A stretch of 62,816 bases of DNA, counting the filler, from Lenisia limosa (Eukaryota > Protista > Breviatea): the NCBI GenBank assembly GCA_001655205.1. It is 14 parts of 14 records of this genome, joined end to end, with 100 filler letters (N's around TTAATTAATTAA, not from the genome) between each part and the next. Parts side by side here need not be neighbours in the genome. Positions count along the whole stretch, not along the records: positions 38,351 to 41,764 come from LPNZ01001144.1; positions 41,865 to 46,828 come from LPNZ01009335.1; positions 46,929 to 47,999 come from LPNZ01001019.1; positions 48,100 to 50,061 come from LPNZ01002287.1; 10 more parts are not named here. The stretch is one strand, 5' to 3'. The stretch's first letter is position 1. Each line of letters opens with the position of its first letter. Positions 38,351-50,161 of the stretch are shown piece after piece. Made by a program: the position numbers and the translations under genes. The notes below the pieces were generated by a model. It worked only from the letters and a program-made list of their open reading frames with translations. It did no database searches and was not told the DNA's origin.

Positions 38351-39933
38351 CGATGAAGAATACTGGCGTAAAGTAAAACGAAAAAGAAAATAACAAAATG
38401 GGGGTTCTCATACCTTAACCTCGGTGTTGGTCATGTCTTTCATGATGTCAACCCAGGAGTGGAGGATTTCGTCCGTTTCGGCCGAAAAGAGGTATTGTTT
38501 TGCACTATTGATAGGTACAAACTACGGAGTGAAAAAGCAAAAGGTGGGTGGGGGGAAGGTAAAATTGGAAAATTTATGAAACAAAAAAAAAAGCCCAAAT
38601 TAACTCTTCCTATTCCCCTCCACCCTGAAAACCTCTCTCAACCCCACAAACCTTAAAACAGAACGATCGCCCTGCACAGTCCCCAATAACCATGAGCTAA
38701 ATGATGAGGAAAGGTGGGATGGACATGATCTGAATATGTTACCGTCGTCATAATCTTCACTTCGGTTCGAAAGATAATGGTAAAATATTGGTAGTTTTAA
38801 AGGATTTATCGAGAAATTTTTCCAGTCTTTTTTCGAACCGAAGTGAAGCCCAACAACAAACAAGGCTCAGACTTCGTGAAAACCTCAACCCCAATGTGAA
38901 GGAGTGGGAAATAGCCCGGAATACAGTGGAAAATGGAAACTTAGTGACAACCTCAGGAAAATCGGTCAAGATATATATTTTGCGAAAATTTCCTTTATTG
39001 GGGGGATGACTGTTAGATCTCCATGTAACAAATTGGAAAATAACTTTTGAAAAAAAAAGAGAACACACTCCACTGAAAATAAGTACTGATACGATTGATA
39101 AAAAAAGGCCAATATCCCGAAAGAAAGAAAAAATAATAAGGGTCAACGTCATATAATACATATATATACATACATATATAATATATACACGCTATTTGGG
39201 TGTATGTATGGTATGTCAGGTCATAATTCAAATGTATATTAGATAATGTTAATATCAACGTGACAAAAGTTACACTTGCTTCCGTCGGAAAGCATGGGAT
39301 CGGACAGATTAGTGACGGATACAAATGGCCAACAAAAGACAACTAACGCAAAAGAAATACCCATGCCACCCCAGAAATAATATTAACATGATAAAGTTCA
39401 AACAAACCCAGTCCATTGAATTGTGCGGGGGTGTTGTGAATGGAGAGGCCCCTATATATCATCTACCCCTAAACGGACCAAGGAAACTAGCCGAAAGTCG
39501 AGTCTTAACAACTCTGAACAAAACCCACAAACGTCGGCTTTGCTAATTGGAAGCTTTCCTTTTGCAAGCTTTTCGGCCTTTCCGGACTTGATATCTGAAC
39601 GGTGAGCCGAGATCTCGTCCGCTTCATGAAGATAGGAATGTGATTGGTAACCATGAAGAGGGGAATAAATAAGCTGTTTTCCCGGGTTGACATCACATTA
39701 GTATATAATAGCGATATTGTAAAGGGTAGGAAAGCACAAGCAGACCTTTCGGCGAGACTTCTTTGGCAAAGTAATACAGGAGGAGGGTCTCTTCGTCTGC
39801 AATGACATATCTTTTCTTCCAATTCAAATGCTTGTGTTTGGAACCATCCGCTCCCCTCTGTACGAGTAAGCGGGTTTCACATTATTTAGAGGAATACCTT
39901 ATAGAGCCACCCGCCGCCTTTGATGTCTGTCAT
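38351..39933 (-). CDS. PH-domain protein (3' end in gap)
   Basis: MTDIKGGGWLYK|RGADGSKHKHLNWKKRYVIADEETLLLYYFAKEVSPK|DIKSGKAEKLAKGKLPISKAD|LMVIGDCAGRSFCFK|FVPINSAKQYLFSAETDEILHSWVDIMK is a canonical PH pattern (GWL.K, WKKRY, LYYF, F.AET..E...W). Confidence 0.88.
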
Positions 39934-40335
39934 TGTGCTTGCTGTATACTAATGCTTGAGAAACTTCACCGTTCTCAAGCTAAATCCTTGAGAGAGGTTC
40001 ACAAATTGTTCATGAAAGACTAAACGCAACTTATACTTCGCTAGGATTGACAACCAAGAGTAATATATCACTCCTAAAGGATGAATAAGCTTAAGTGAAC
40101 TGATTTTATTTTTCACCCAAATACTAAAAGTAGTTACAGATTTAGTAAATTTTACTAAATTGTTTTCATTTATTTTCATACCTTTCCATTTTTCAGCCTC
40201 TTAATTGCTAAGGTGGTTGTCATTTATATTAAGATACTCTATTAGAGATATTTCTTGGATTGGCACACACCAAGAGGGGATAGTCAATCCTGTGGGTGCT
40301 ACCCTAAGGTATTATTGAGAGAATTGCCGGGTAAA

Positions 40336-41764
40336 ATGGACTTCATCGTTACTACTATTGAAGAGCTGGACCCATTTGGGTTCCGCACCAGTGAATGCCG
40401 CGAGACTAATCTTCTAATGACCGGTAGGCGTCTTCCTTGATATTCTCAGCTTAATGTTTCGTAGTTGTGTCTTTTGTCCTCTTTTTGGGCTTCTATCAGG
40501 TTGTTAAGCTTCTTTGCCGCACTTTCTTCGCGAAAGGATTCCTCCCTCTTCCCCCACGAAAGAAGCGTGTCTTTGTCAACACTGCCGTCAGTCTTATCCA
40601 TTCGTAAGATCCACACACACTTCCATCTTATTATCAGGTTCTGGTCGTCTCTCTTTGCCATGTTTGTGATGTATCGCCATCCCGGTATGAAGGTTGTTTG
40701 TTGTGTCATATGAGGGGGGGGGGGGCACAAGACCCTTCGGAAAATATTTTCTTGGTTATTTCGGACTATTATTTGATATAACAGCAGCATTAGAGAGTTA
40801 TGAGGAATGAAATGGAGCGGGTTGAAATTTCGTTTTTGTGTTGGGAGTGGAGGGATTTGCCGCGGTTTCAATATTTGTAGTCCAGAAAATATTCACAAAA
40901 TTTAAGGACATCTTGAAACCAGAACCGCTTTTCAGATACATTAATTTCTAATTTGTCAATTGTTTTCCTCAAATAATTAATTGCACGGAGCCCTACATAT
41001 TCCTCTTTCTTTTTTGATGAGACCTCTTTCTCCTCTTTCGTTTACGTAACATTGTATCAAGAAAACTCTTAATTTGTTGCAACTATAACAAAACTAACCA
41101 AATAAAGGGATAAGGCATGGCACGGATATTGAGCATTTTTTTAAATCAATCGTATCAGGACTTATTACGTCAGTGTATATATATATATATATATAGATTA
41201 TATCATATTCATGCTTATCATATTGAAAATATTTCATGAAACCATCCTAGCTGGTGCAGTTTTTACTGTCCATTCTCTTTCTTGACTATTAATTGAGAAA
41301 TGTTTTTTCATTTCTTATAGATTGAGATATCTGTTTTTCTGACTTCTCAGAGATTTTCGATGACATGGTTGCGAGTGAATGCAAGCTCATCCGATTCCTG
41401 CTTGCGGTGGGGGGGTCTCTTCTTGTACTAGCTATCGATATTTTATTAGAGTTTTTTTGGGAGCGGGGTGAAGCCCACAACAATGTAGTATAATACTGGT
41501 TTTGACAAGAAAAAATACTACATTAACAAACTTGAGACGCTAATAAATACATAGGGATCATATTAACGAATTAAAAGTAGAATCGTAGAGTTCTCGGATG
41601 ACAGGGGTTCCGACCAAGTGATCAAAAGCAATGAAGAGTTAAAACTGTATTTAATTTTCCCCTTTGATTTCATTTCATGTTATAATATTATGTTTTCACT
41701 CCTTAAACGTTCTGACGCTCACAGGTGTCTCTCGGCTACTTCATCTATGACTTCCTTGAAATGC
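40336..41764 (+). CDS. TLC (TRAM/LAG1/CLN8) domain membrane protein, 5' part
   Basis: MDFIVTTIEELDPFGFRTSECRETNLLMT|VVSFVLFLGFYQVVKLLCRTFFAKGFLPLPPRKKRVFVNTAVSLIH|SFWSSLFAMFVMYRHP|EIFDDMVASECKLIRFLLA|VSLGYFIYDFLEM. 'N..VS.IH' and 'S.GYFIYD' are TLC hallmarks. Truncated by a spacer gap. Confidence 0.85.
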
Positions 41765-42007
41765 NNNNNNNNNNNNNNNNNNNNNNNNNNNNNNNNNNNN
41801 NNNNNNNNTTAATTAATTAANNNNNNNNNNNNNNNNNNNNNNNNNNNNNNNNNNNNNNNNNNNNGGGTCTGGAATAGTAACATGGGTCTGGAATAGTAAC
41901 ACGGGTGGGTCTATGTCTGTCTGTGTGTGTGTATGTGTGTGTGTGTTCCCATAATAAGCTCAAATCAACCCATAATTAGCTCAGATCAACCCATAATCCC
42001 AACTCAC

Positions 42008-45000
42008 ATGAATCCATCCCAGAACAATGAGGCCAGTTTCCTCCATGAACATGAAGATTTCCTCCTCGTGAGTGGTGGAGCAAGTGTCACTTGTACCAGT
42101 TTGTTTGGGGATAAGCTGGGAGGGTGGAATTTGAGCGAGAGAACACGAGAAACAAACAAAACCCCAGGTCAGTCCTGCTGCACCTCAACAAAACAAAACA
42201 AAACAAAACTAAAAACAAAACTAAAAACAAAACTAAAAAAAGCAACAACAAAGCCCTTGAATCCATGGGGTGATGGGGATTTATGACTGGCGAGCTGGAT
42301 ATTTTTCCGAAGGAACCTTTGAAGAAGAAAGGAACAATCACGAACCGAATAATCAGTCATATAATCCTGAAAATATGGTGGTTCCATTTGAGTGTAATTA
42401 GGGCTTCCCTATGGTCCGAAAAGACCGTCAAAATATCCTGACTTATCGACTTATCGATAAATTAGGTCATTTTTGGGACTAGTAGCCCTTCCTGGTAGAC
42501 AGTGCTACTTCTTCCAGACTCCTACCAAAGACGTCACGTGGTAGGCCCCATGGAGAAGATGGCCACAGAGAATACCACACGTCTCTACGTTTTTCCTGTT
42601 GTTGGGCTTGGCAATTTTGTCGAAGAGTGGGAGGATTTCTGATGGGACAAACTGCATAAGTTATTGTAAAGTTAAAGCAAACAATAGAATAATACAATAC
42701 AAAATAAAAAATATTATGCAAGGATTAATTATTTTATCATATCAATGAAGCAATAATAAATAATAAATAAATAAAAAGATGACAAACAAAAAAATAACAA
42801 AAAAAATAACAAAAAAATAACAAAAAAATAACAAAAAAATAACAAAAAAATAACAAAAAAATAAAAATAAAATAATAATAAGCAATGATGAGAATAGAAA
42901 TAGTTCGATTAAAATATGCATTCTTTTTTGAAAAAGCCTAATTTGAATCTTAGAGTTGCAATTTGTGGGTTTTGGTCAAGGATGAGTTTTTTTGTAGTTG
43001 TCAAGTAAAGAATATTTGAGTTTCATGACTCTTAGTATGAGTCTGCAGGGGATTTACCTATTTTGAACGGTGTTACAGGAGACGAATTTACTGAATGTGG
43101 AACCAAAAACTATAAACCTTCTGAAGAGATGAAATACATTCTTTCCGGAATTCTTAGTAATTCTTTACAGGTTTGTTATTTTGACATATATTTTGCAAAT
43201 GCGAGAGGAGGTTTTATCCCCCCCCCCCTTTATATTTCTTGTTTCTATTGCAGTTGTACAAATGGGTGAGCTTGCTTTTCTTTGAATTCATATTTGGTCA
43301 AAACCCTGACCAGTGAAATGAAAAAAGGTTTGATTTAAGTATCCTTTTGTCTGTGTAAAACAGAGATTGATCAGACAAAGATAACCCCCATTTTTTTTTT
43401 TTTTTTNNNNNNNNNNNNNNNNNNNNNNNNNNNNNNNNNNNNNNNNNNNNNNNNNNNNNNNNNNNNNNNNNNNNAAAAACAGCAAAAGTAATTTTGACAA
43501 AAACCATAATTTAATAGCACTATATTTAGCAAGAGTATTTAGTATGAGGGCAATTAATTGAGAATTAATTGTCAAATTTGAAAGGGAACAAATGGTTTTG
43601 AGAACGCCATTCAGACACTTTATTTCATTAAAAATTATATGGCACGGAGTTGTAGTATTTAGCCTTATAAAGTTGGATTATTATCCCCATTCGTTTCTAA
43701 CATATAATTTCACCCAATCACATTCGAAATACTGTCAATTTATGGAAGTGCTATTTGATTTAAAAATGCAAAGTATCATGAGAACCATTTAGCATGGAAT
43801 TTTGTTTCAACCCTCGTGTTTTTCTAGCCAACATAGTTGATTTTGGGCTTTTTGTTTCAGATATACCTCCCACCATCCCCTCCCACCATCCACTGAAGTA
43901 GTACCCTCAAACCATTTGCTTCTTTCCGTCAATCTCTGGGAACATACGCGGCCTAAAATGGCTTGAAAACAGCAGTGTTTTGAAGACAAAGTGAAAATAA
44001 AATTTGTTGAGATGAGATGAGGAATAAATTTATGTATCTGGCAGAAGCTGTCACACCAGTACGCTTATGGAAAATTTGGATTAGAGAATCAGAGTATGAA
44101 GAACCAAAGTACTATATGTAAAAAGCTGTACGTTTCATTCCAAAAAACCTTCCATTCAAGTATACAAAAAATGAACAGCTTCAAGATTAGCCATATTCCT
44201 TTCTGTTTTCAATCGACCTGTTTCCTCTCATAAATACTGTTGTGATCTTGAATATGGGGCTTCCCTAAGTCCGAAAAATTCCCTTCAAAATATCGCTATT
44301 TTCGAGGATTTATCGGAAATTTCAGTCTTTTTTGGGACCGTAGTGAAGCACTATGTGGTCTACATAACCTATAAAATGTGGAGATGACTAAAGCATGGGG
44401 GTGTCTGACCGAAGCTGTCCACATTATCACGTTTATATGTAAAGATGAGAAATAAATAAAGTTAGTGTCTGACCGAAAGCGTTACATACTTTGCAGGTAT
44501 CCGCCTTTGCGGTTTCCGAACCGGTGGAACTATTGGCTTGGGGCTGGAATGTGAGGGGTTTAGGTGATGCATAGTTATCAGTTAAGAATGGAGTAAAATT
44601 GGGGGGTTACTATAGTCCCATCTCTGATACATAAGGGGGGTTATGACAAATTTGATCCCATATCACTTATACATCAGGTGTGGGGAGTACAATTGGATAA
44701 TTTATGAAATAAAAAAAGCCTAAATCAACTTTGTTGGCTGACAACACACAAGGGTTGATAACAANNNNNNNNNNNNNNNNNNNNNNNNNNNNNNNNNNNN
44801 NNNNNNNNNNNNNNNNNNNNNNNNNNNNNNNNNNNNNNNNNNNNNNNNNNNNNNNNNNNNNNNNNNNNNNNNNNNAGAAGTTATATCCCAATTACTGCCT
44901 ACATGTGCGGAGTTGTAATAGCCTGAGGAACATGATAGACGGGTTCGGCTACCTGAGACGATGTAAGGGAAAACAGAATCCTTACAACTTTGTGCACATT

Positions 45001-46457
45001 TGCCTTACAACTCTGCGCACACCGCTTTCTTAGTGCCCCCAACATACAGGGATTGGCATATGTAGCGCGGACGCGGGAAGAACAGCCGTTTGGTTTGTGA
45101 TCTGAAGAATAAATCGAAGATATGACTCCACTCAAATAAAATGAATCCAGGACTTCCCTCCAAAAAAGATCAGAACAACGTCGATATTCTATAATGTTGA
45201 AATGATATTGCTTCACATCCTCCAAAAACATTGTGAAATATATATACATAGCTATATTATATATGAAAGAAATATATTTTTTCAGTCTTTAGGAACCGAA
45301 AGTGAAGCTCTCAGAAATGAGGAATAGAATAAATAAATCGAGGTCTCAATAAGTCCTGAAACAGATATGAGTTTTATTCGAGTCTGTCAGGACTTATCTT
45401 GGCCAGTGTACTATCTGGCCAAAACCCTTTTGGAAGTAAAACTGTGATTGTAGTAGTTATCAGTAAAACTGTAAAAGAAACTGCTAGACATTAAACAAAA
45501 CATAAATAAAAACAAACCTGGGGGCTCGGAGTGCGGGTGACAGCAACATGCGGCCGATCTTCGGAGAGTATCGGCACCTGATTAGTGAAGAAATATATCA
45601 TATTATATGTATAAGATTAATGTATCTGGTTAGTGACGAAATATATAAGATTAGTGGGGGGGTGGGGGGAGTGAGGGATTGGATTAGTGAGAAGGGAAGA
45701 AAATACTAATCAGAAACAAAACAAAACAAAACAAAATCCTGAATGAAACACACAAGGGATAAAACAACAAAACAACAACACCAAAAAAAAGTAACCCTGA
45801 ATCACTACTAAGCCCAAGCGAGTCGCTTCTGCAGCGCAGCATCCCACCAGAATAATTGAATAATTGGTGAGGGGAGAGGGAAGGATAAACAAGAAGTAAG
45901 AAAACAGAAAACCAGCATCAAAAGCAAGGCGCCCACCTCGGGATATGACACCACGTCAAAAACTAGTCCTGCTGCGGCCGCGTGTGGTGCAAGGTTTGCG
46001 GACGGCTGGCCGATTTTAACTTCTCTGGGGAGTGAAGTAAATGGAAACTGTTTTGAAAATAAAAAAAACGACAAAAATGAACACTCCTGGGTTAGCACTT
46101 GAAATAAACAAGAGTTATGTAGAAAGGAGAAAAGATGGGAATGCAAAATCCGTTTGATTAATCTAATTAATTCATCATTTGCTCTAAACACCAAAAAAAG
46201 TTAGAATGAAAAATATCATCTACCGACAAGTCTCAATGATACACTCGGGATAAACCCTCGTGTTATCTGAGATCATTTCGACTCAAAAGTCGGTTATATG
46301 ATCATATCTCTAGTGGATATGTCTGAAAATATAACTTATTTGGTCATAGATATTTTCCCACTTGCCTTTTATGGGCAATAGTGACGAGTTCGAAGTCGGC
46401 AAAGGGCGTCAAAACCGACGGAATCGGCTCGTATTCCTCTTTTTCATCAAGGACTAC
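42008..46457 (-). CDS. STAMBP: AMSH/STAMBP-like JAMM/MPN+ deubiquitinase (both ends in gaps)
   Basis: FVPSEILPLFDKIAKPNNRKNVETCGILCGHLLHGAYHVTSL|LIPKQTGTSDTCSTTHEEEIFMFMEETGLIVLGWIH is the AMSH catalytic-domain signature. Pro/Ser-rich linker exons run upstream to 46457. Confidence 0.9.
42785..42865. repeat. Intronic tandem repeat, 11-nt unit
   Basis: (AAAAAAATAAC)n, about 7 copies. Confidence 0.9.
46221..46325. repeat. Dispersed repeat family F
   Basis: 46221-46269 matches the reverse complement of 13575-13631 (ACCGACAAGTCTCAATGATAC..CTCGGGAT.AACCCTCGTGTTATCT). 46272-46322 resembles 1490-1540 (TTTGAATCGAAAGTCGGTCATATGA..AGTGGATATG). Confidence 0.6.
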
Positions 46458-46928
46458 CTGGAAGGGGGGGGGGGAGGTAAAAAAAAGGNNNNNNNNNNNN
46501 NNNNNNNNNNNNNNNNNNNNNNNNNNNNNNNNNNNNNNNNNNNNNNNNNNNNNNNNNGCCGAATAATCTGAAACTCCCAACAAAAAATAACAAACAAAGC
46601 AACAACAAAAAAAAAAACAAGCAATAACAAACACGCACAACCAACGCTAAAACTAAACAAAAGCCAGATGACAAACACAAAAATAAAAACAAAGTTTTGT
46701 TTCTACCCCACATACACATTCCATGTACCTCCACCCCTCCCCCACATTAATGCTCTTGCCCCATTAATTATCCATTGTTTACTCGAATATTCTTTTCGAA
46801 ATTTCCTTCGTTTTACCCCCCCCCCCCCNNNNNNNNNNNNNNNNNNNNNNNNNNNNNNNNNNNNNNNNNNNNTTAATTAATTAANNNNNNNNNNNNNNNN
46901 NNNNNNNNNNNNNNNNNNNNNNNNNNNN

Positions 46929-47844
46929 GAAGCACAGCACTCGAAGCAGAGTCTCGCATGCCATTCCTTCAAGGCCTCTGCGAGGACGTTCAGTCAGAGT
47001 ACACAAGTCACAAATCCTCTGGTATGATGTTTCTCTTAGCAGTTATCAAATTTGTGATGCAACAAAGCAATGCCGACTGTTCTCGGATACTTGTTCTCCT
47101 ACCTCTTTCGCCGATCAGTTCCCTGTGCTCTTTGAGATCGTACAAAACTCGGCATTGGCTTGTTTGAAGCTTCCATAAAGCCACTCCAAGTCCACTCTTG
47201 AGTTTGCCTCCGCAGTGAACCCTTGCGGGAACTAAGCTAATCATGCTACTCAGAGGAATTGAGAAACAGACTGACACTGTTCTTGTCTGTGCGTCTACAT
47301 CCCCTGCTGAACTCCCTGCCGTTGATGACGTTGTTACGACTGATGATGAAGCTTGTAGCTCTGAAAAGAATTTGAACAAATATGACTCTGAGGGTGAGGG
47401 TGACGAAGATTCCGAACCTGATGACACTAATGAAATCAATCCGGAACCTCGTCTTAGAATTGAGGTCCCAGACTTTCGAAAAGTAGCTATGACCGAGTCA
47501 TTTAGCATCAATCCAGAGAGAGTTGTTGTTTTTAAGCACTCCATGCTCAATATCCCAGGTTTCCCGTCTATTAGAACGGTTATTATATATGAAAAATCTC
47601 AACCCCTGGCGAAATAAAATTCGGCTGTCAGAAACTCCAGTTGCAGCTTTTGGCACATAAGCTCACCAAAGGACTCAAATCCCAATATGACGAGTTCTTG
47701 GAGACTGGTAACTTCGATTCCACTAAGTTTTCATTAGAATACACCCGTGCGATGTTAGTCATCAATTTATGTGACGAATACACTATCAATACGGAAATTG
47801 AGCTGTCAACCGAGGAACAGCTAAAGGACGTCAATGGATTACAG
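46929..47844 (+). CDS. Hypothetical protein, internal exons
   Basis: Open exon ~47254-47568 (acidic, ..DSEGEGDEDSEPDD..) splices to ~47631-47844 (KLQLQLLAHKLTKGLKSQYDEFLETGNFD..DVNGLQ). No family recognised. Confidence 0.5.
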
Positions 47845-48107
47845 GTTTGCTTGGTTTCCTGCATATTTTGTTGAACTAACAGCTCTTGTTCTTGCAACCT
47901 GTGTGATTGGATCATCTCATCTTTCTTCACTTCTCCTCTATTTAGTGAGCCACTTATTTGAGATAGTTTCCTTATCTACTAGTTCATATTATCAACAAAN
48001 NNNNNNNNNNNNNNNNNNNNNNNNNNNNNNNNNNNNNNNNNNNTTAATTAATTAANNNNNNNNNNNNNNNNNNNNNNNNNNNNNNNNNNNNNNNNNNNNT
48101 CGACTGT

Positions 48108-48199
48108 TGATGAAGTCCTTTGTGTTCGTATGAGGGAGAATGAAGTCCTTTGTATTCGTATGAGGGAGAATGAAGTCCTTTGTGTTTGTATGAGGGAGA
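48108..48199. repeat. Tandem repeat, 30-nt unit x3
   Basis: TGAAGTCCTTTGT(G/A)TT(C/T)GTATGAGGGAGAA x3. Confidence 0.9.
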
Positions 48200-48347
48200 A
48201 TTAGCGGATTGTAAAAGAAGTGTGGACAGCTTCGGCCAGATACATCTTTTTTTTTTATTTCTCATTGCTATATATATTGGGGGGGCCCTATTAAGGGTAA
48301 ATATGAGACACTGGTTTTCAAATATTTGTGTTCAATCTTCACTGTTC

Positions 48348-49853
48348 CCACAGCAGCTCCCGAGGTTCAGTTTGACGATGTGAAGGCGGCCATACCCCAG
48401 GCTTCCCACGCCACCATCAATGCGGCTGTCGTAGGGGGCTTTCTCTTTTTTTCGTTCTGTGTCGTTTTTTCAGCCAGCAATTTTGTATCTTTGATATCCT
48501 GGCTTTACGATTTTTGTAACTCTACTTACAGTACTTATTTCTCTTTCAACTCTTCCATGCCCTTGTCTAACCCACAAGCTGGCAGCTGCGAAGTCTCAGA
48601 GCGCGTCCAGTGAGGCGCGGCAACGCAAGCTTTTACGCGCACAACGATTGCAGTGAGTCGGAAATTTGAATGTACACCTAGGTCTTCACTTCTGTTCAAA
48701 AAACCCAATGAAAATATTGATAGTTTTCGAGGATTTATAGAGAAAGACCTGATATGAAGCCCTAATTGCACCCAAGATTAATCTTGCGGGGAAGAGTTTG
48801 AAAGCAGATTTTATATACTTATTATCATCATTGAATTCCGAACATCCTGATTAACATTTTGGTATTTCAATGACAAAAGGAAGCTCAGTGATAAAACGGC
48901 TAAGAACCTGACATGACTCTTGGATTTGCTGTGTGATTTCAAGGAAAATTGGTCAAGACTTATCGAGGTCACTATACATATAATATGTATGTATCCCTGG
49001 TGGATTCATTTGATACAACGAGTAACCCAACTCTAGCGAGTGTGAAGATGAAGAGTTCGTCAGCGGCCTGACCTACAACCCCCTCAGAAGCCTGCCTTCA
49101 GAACTGGTCAAATGGCACTGCATTATCATGGACAAAAAGACAAAGTTGGGGAAGGGGGAATTATTTCCGTTTTGTAAGTGATGGTGGGAATGGCTTCTTT
49201 TTTCTCATTTCCGTATATCATAGAGTATAATAGTGCAATTGCAGGCATGCAACCCCCGCATGCTTATGACCCTGTAGTCGCAGCATTCCGGCCGTCCCCA
49301 CTCTACCAAAGACCCTGCAGGCCGCCAGTGTGCTGCATCGACGGCCTTGGTTACTCCAGCCGAAAGACTCCGCAAGGGGTGGGAAAGAGGCATTTCTGGA
49401 ACTCCCTTAATTAGGGCTTCACTTCGGTTCGAAAGACGGGTAAATTATCAATAGTTTTCGAGGATTTATCGAGAAATTCAGTCTTTTTTGAACTGAAGTG
49501 AAGCTGTACCCATAATCTACCCGTCTATCGAGACTGCTTTTTGCCGAGGGCTTCACTTTGGTTCGAAATGAGACTGAATAATTCGATTAATCCTCGAAAA
49601 CTATCGATATTTTCCGAGTTTTTTCGAACCTGAGTGAAGCCCTATTTGTTACCCGTCTCTTATCTGCTTTGTTACTCGTTCGTCTCACCCCCCAGGAACT
49701 GGCTGTTTGGCTCAATTCCTCCGGATGAATCCCTCAACCGAGGCTCAGGCGAAACACGAAAGTCAGTCTCTGAGCCTCGATGATGGCTTTGGCAGCCTAG
49801 TGGACGAGTATGATGACGATGAGGATGAGGAGGAAGAAGAGGAGGAAGAGTAA
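48348..49853 (+). CDS. Hypothetical protein, 3' exons with poly-Asp/Glu tail
   Basis: GT-AG exons APEVQFDDVKAAIPQASHATINAAV|LAAAKSQSASSEARQRKLLRAQRLQ|ECEDEEFVSGLTYNPPQKPAFRT|...|..SLDDGFGSLVDEYDDDEDEEEEEEEE* (TAA 49851-49853). May join the 46929-47844 fragment. Confidence 0.6.
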
Positions 49854-50161
49854 TGTTGTTTTTTCAAATGAATTTGGTAGACCCTTCATTTTTACATTTA
49901 TGGCGGTTCTTTGCATTTTTTTTAACAATAAACATGTCTTCGCTCAAAACCAAACATTTCCCGTTTCTGTATCACCTTTGGGGTTTGATGGGAGGTTGTA
50001 TTCAGAAATCAAAAATAGAAACCTTCCTTTAAGAGGATTAAACTAACTACTGGGGGGGGGGNNNNNNNNNNNNNNNNNNNNNNNNNNNNNNNNNNNNNNN
50101 NNNNNTTAATTAATTAANNNNNNNNNNNNNNNNNNNNNNNNNNNNNNNNNNNNNNNNNNNN

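Larger units (their letters stand above)
3831..50161. other. Artificial scaffold spacers N-TTAATTAATTAA-N (13 occurrences)
   Basis: An identical 12-mer with stops in all six frames, centred in ~100-nt N blocks at ~3875, 14535, 16231, 17697, 25497, 27037, 35625, 36851, 38295, 41809, 46873, 48044 and 50105. Confidence 0.95.

Noticed and set aside
38400-38700. Initially read as the eIF3m C-terminus
   Set aside because: These exons complete a clear PH domain begun at 39933.
40446-40871. 141-aa minus-strand ORF
   Set aside because: The plus strand gives spliced TLC-domain exons with clear motifs.
41580-41764. Minus-strand peptides resembling the eIF3m N-terminus
   Set aside because: Frames contain stops and lack compatible splice sites; the plus strand encodes the TLC motif VSLGYFIYD.
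47008-47550. 180-aa minus-strand Ser-rich ORF
   Set aside because: Antisense to an acidic plus-strand exon with proper splice boundaries; no independent support.
3875-50116. Regularly recurring identical TTAATTAATTAA as a biological repeat or CRISPR-like array
   Set aside because: Always embedded in N-runs of fixed total size and encodes stops in all six frames: an assembly spacer.
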